A DNA stretch of 64,000 bases from Candidatus Heimdallarchaeota archaeon (lineage in GTDB: Archaea; Asgardarchaeota; Heimdallarchaeia; Heimdallarchaeales; Heimdallarchaeaceae). The position numbers were made by a program, and so were the translations under genes. The notes beneath the pieces are model-generated. The model did no database searches and was not told the DNA's origin. It saw nothing but the letters and a program-made list of their open reading frames with translations. This document shows positions 61,033-64,000 of the stretch, piece by piece. The stretch spans positions 8,799 through 72,798 of the forward strand of contig BPTK01000001.1 in NCBI GenBank assembly GCA_023705905.1. The letters are read 5' to 3'. Each line of letters begins with the position of its first letter. Within the stretch, counting starts at the first letter, position 1.

Positions 61033-62199
61033 TTAGGCTGCTAATCTTCCCTCCATAAACGCTTTTCCATAAGCTGTATAGGCATCTACATAACCATATC
61101 CCATAAATGTGTCAAATGTGTTTCTTGAACTAGCATAGTGCAAAATGTCAATTACTTTCTGCACAGAAGGATCAGTAGAAGAACCAATACCATTGTGATA
61201 TCCTGTAATAATTAAAGCTACTATAGCAGCTAGATAAGGAGTACTTAAACTAGTTCCGAATGCATATTTCCAAGTTCCTCTATAGCAATGTAGACTAGAA
61301 TCATAATAAGCATTAGTTAATACAGGAATACCATTTCCAGGTTCAAGCCAATTAACAATATGGTTTCCTGCTGTATAACCTTCGTACCATGACGAAAACC
61401 ATGATTTATGACCCTTCCATGATCCGTCTCGATTTTCATGATCAATTGATCCAATAGAATACCACTCTGTATAATATGATTGATATTTATGATATTCGCC
61501 ATCCCAATAATTCCCAGCACTAAAATAATTTCCTGCCGCAGTAAGCATTATCACCTTTTTACTTAACAAACTATTCCACCTTTGCTGAATTGAACTTGTT
61601 GTAAAATCTTCATAATGTACCATTGACCAATTAATAATATCAATATCCTTCGATGCTTGGTTGTTATCTATCCATTGCCAAATCTTGTATTCTCCATATT
61701 CAAATCCATATGGGTCAGTAACTTCATCAATTTCATGTTGTAAATCAATAAAGATTACTTTCACGTTTCTTGCAATTGCAGCTAGTACAGATATAACCAT
61801 AAAACCATGACCATGATGGATTTGATTATCTAAATACGGATCATCATAATCATAAATAGTTTTTATAGATCCAGTCGAAGTTTCTGTTATAAAATACATG
61901 ATGTCCACATTAGCTTCAGGATTTTGTTCTAATGCCTTCCACTCCTTATCTGTCAGACCTTCATCTATTACAACGATAGTTACATAATTATCAATTTCGA
62001 CTCCATAATCATAGACCACAACGTCTACTCCTGTATAGGTATATGCTGTATCCTGAAGGTGTCCTACTTTTACCGATGGGTTGGATACATTATAACCCGG
62101 TGTTCCACATGTTTCGCCACTTACAGGAAACACACTGAAGTTCACAGTTGGAGCTATCCCTGTTAATACTATAAATAATATTGCTACTGTTTTTTCCAT
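61033..62199 (-). CDS. secreted subtilisin-like (S8) serine peptidase
   Basis: Signal peptide. Asp region DVVVYDYGVE, His region HGHGFMVISVLAAIA and Ser region GTSLSTPYLAAIVALI, in the D-H-S order of the S8 family. Confidence 0.5.
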   Translation of the reverse strand: MEKTVAILFIVLTGIAPTVNFSVFPVSGETCGTPGYNVSNPSVKVGHLQDTAYTYTGVDVVVYDYGVEIDNYVTIVVIDEGLTDKEWKALEQNPEANVDIMYFITETSTGSIKTIYDYDDPYLDNQIHHGHGFMVISVLAAIARNVKVIFIDLQHEIDEVTDPYGFEYGEYKIWQWIDNNQASKDIDIINWSMVHYEDFTTSSIQQRWNSLLSKKVIMLTAAGNYFSAGNYWDGEYHKYQSYYTEWYSIGSIDHENRDGSWKGHKSWFSSWYEGYTAGNHIVNWLEPGNGIPVLTNAYYDSSLHCYRGTWKYAFGTSLSTPYLAAIVALIITGYHNGIGSSTDPSVQKVIDILHYASSRNTFDTFMGYGYVDAYTAYGKAFMEGRLAA

Positions 62200-62516
62200 T
62201 TCATCTAAACAACCTCTTTCTAATTATCCAATTTTTGTCTCTTCTAATTAGATAGTCGACCGAATGTGATTCACTTCAAATTATTTAAATTTTCTCTAAA
62301 GGTTTTTCTAGAAAATTAATTGTTGATTTTTCATATCTTTTAATGATTGATAAGTAGTTCAAGAATAAATATCCAACTTTCTATATTTTCCAATTCTCTG
62401 TATAGAATTACAGTTGATTCTGCGTCAAGTAGTTCACAATATTTCCATATGGCAAACCCGTTTGGTAGTGCGAAGTAACTATGATAATCTAGGAATACCT
62501 CTAAAATTTGTTGTGA

Positions 62517-62597
62517 GCAGACTCTTAATCGTTAAGCTTGTTGGCTTACGAGTTAGAAATCTGTCGGTCGGCGGTTCAAATCCGCCCAGGCTCGCCA
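62517..62597 (+). tRNA. tRNA 3' portion (positions 27-76, anticodon CUU) with a canonical 31-nt intron at 37/38; no 5' half nearby. Candidate split-tRNA 3' half gene or tRNA pseudogene
   Basis: GCAGA-CTCTTA[a tcgttaagcttgttggcttacgagttagaa]A-TCTGT, variable CGGTC, T-arm GGCGG-TTCAAAT-CCGCC, acceptor 3' strand CAGGCTC-G-CCA. No G[AG]G[CT][CT]TG acceptor 5' strand or D-arm lies within 300 nt upstream. Confidence 0.4.
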
Positions 62598-62708
62598 CAT
62601 TTATTTCTTCCAAATCTTAAGAAGAACACTATTTCTCATATTAATTTAGAAAGGATAAGATCACCATAATTCTTATGATTTAGAAAGTATAGTTTCTTAT
62701 CAATAAAA

Positions 62709-64000
62709 TGTCATGTAAACTATTCAAACGATTTCTATCCCTCATCTTTGTTCTTCTAATATTGCCTAATTTAACAGTTTTTTCTAATACTACTAATCAA
62801 AATTGCTATGGTTTTAGTTCTATTCAAAGCGTAGAGACTGAAAGATTTGAGGGGTATAACCTCTTTGTTTTTGAGAGAAAATCTAGTGCTGATTATGAAA
62901 TTATTAATCGTACTCTTGTTATTTCTGACTTGGATGGTAATCTTTTCTTAAAACGAGAATTGGATATCGAAGGAGCATTGGCTAATTTTGCTGCGGAATT
63001 GATTAACTCCACCACTATCTTATATGGAGACGGAAATGGCGCAAACCTATGGAATATTTATACTAATAAAACCATAGCTTTAGGCTTCTATGGTCATCAT
63101 GATTATGAGATGAATTATGCAGACAACACTTATTTTACTCTAAAATGCTATGTAGTCGAGATTAATGGTACAGAATACCTTTTTGATAAGATCGTTGAAT
63201 TTGATAATGCTGCCAAAATTATTTGGGAAAAAGATACGATAGATTTTGTAAATATTTCGCAATGGTGTCCCTTTTCTGATATGGAATCGGGGGTAGCTGA
63301 TCTAACTCACTCAAATACGATTTTTTATGATGAAGAGGATGATTCAATTTATCTTAATATGAGAAATACGAATACTTTCTATAAAATAGATCATAAGACA
63401 GGGGAGATAATTTGGGCTCTTGGAGAGTATGGTGATTTTGTAATGTATGACTTACAAGGCATGGAGAAAGATATACTCTTCTACCATGGCCATGCTTTGG
63501 AAAAAATATCCGATGATACTTTCATTTATTTCGATAATGATCTACACAATCAGACAGATGCAACCAATTTGCGTTCTAGAATAATTGAGATTAGAATCAA
63601 TGAAGAGACAATGACAGCAAATGTTTCATGGGAATGGATAGCTCCTTCCGATTACTTTTCTGGTTGGTGGGGTGATGCAGACAAACTTCCTAATAACAAT
63701 CGTCTTGGGGTTTTTGGCACACACAAACATCCCAATACCGATTTAGGAGCGAGAATTGTAGAAGTTACGGAAGAAGGAAATATAACATGGAATCTTTCCT
63801 TTGCCTCAGTTGGTTCAGAGACATTTGGTGTATATAGAGTTGAACGAATAAGGTTTGCTCCATTTGTTTCAGAACCAAGAATCCAAAATGTTTCTGAAAC
63901 AGAAAGATTGGTAGAATGGGATATTTGGTATAATTTTCGTTCAAAAACAGAATTTAATGGTTCATACAAGATAATTCTTGACAATGAAAATAAAAAGGAA
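62709..64000 (+). CDS. secreted beta-propeller protein, arylsulfotransferase (ASST)-like; the 3' end is beyond the window
   Basis: An open frame from ATG 62709 to the window end (at least 430 aa). It is not in the ORF track because it has no stop. It has a signal peptide (LSLIFVLLILPNLTVFS), repeated W/Y/G-rich blade-like segments and LFYHGHALE. Confidence 0.35.

Noticed and set aside
59508-62597. The two tRNA-like 3' regions as attL/attR direct repeats of an integrated element spanning 59.6-62.5 kb
   Set aside because: The shared region is not identical, and it differs only by compensatory base-pair changes in stems, the signature of selection on two functional RNAs. No integrase, recombinase or phage-like gene lies between them; the segment carries an S8 protease and secreted proteins.
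62414-62620. 68-aa plus-strand ORF
   Set aside because: It coincides with the tRNA-like 3' fragment and its intron; it is an artefact of reading through structured RNA.
63652-63984. 110-aa minus-strand ORF
   Set aside because: It lies entirely inside the long plus-strand ASST-like open frame (62709 to the window end), which has a signal peptide and coherent composition.

Overview
This is an AT-rich (about 33% GC) archaeal chromosomal segment, densely packed with genes, most of them on the minus strand. The gene content points to an Asgard-type (Lokiarchaeia-like) archaeon; this is inference from content and not a database hit. Signature genes include an EF-2 family paralog, Ras/Rab-like and MglA-like small GTPases, a longin-like protein, a Roadblock protein and CDC48.

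The main recognisable blocks are:
- An F420/FO biosynthesis operon at 1-3278 (CofG/CofH radical SAM pair, RibD-C reductase, amidohydrolase), with CofE and an FrhB-like protein further along at 29.2-31.0 kb.
- An EF-2 paralog (3469-5700).
- Two tandem paralogous MoxR-centred clusters (5.8-18.8 kb and 19.8-27.8 kb) with the same gene order: polytopic membrane protein(s), a DUF4129-like protein, a DUF4350-like protein, MoxR AAA+ ATPase, a DUF58 vWA-like protein and an acidic-tail membrane protein. They are separated by thyX on the opposite strand.
- A CBS-domain protein with an apparent C-terminal HPF/S30AE-like domain.
- A longin-like plus Rab-like GTPase pair, CDC48, a NapH-like polyferredoxin, a THUMP m2G tRNA methyltransferase, FEN-1, PIMT and a Roadblock plus MglA-like GTPase pair.
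- An FtsX/MacB-type ABC transporter with two duplicated permeases of about 850 aa each.
- A 2268-aa membrane-spanning giant protein of unknown function that carries a cytoplasmic winged-helix-like segment and a PD-(D/E)xK-like motif.
- An intron-containing tRNA-Lys(CUU) and a second tRNA-like 3' portion with no 5' half.

The candidates for novelty are:
- The giant protein locus with its upstream ABC transporter and a 38-bp direct-repeat pair.
- The split-tRNA-like fragment.
- The CBS-HPF fusion.
- The duplicated MoxR modules, one of which contains a catalytically degenerate transglutaminase-like protein.
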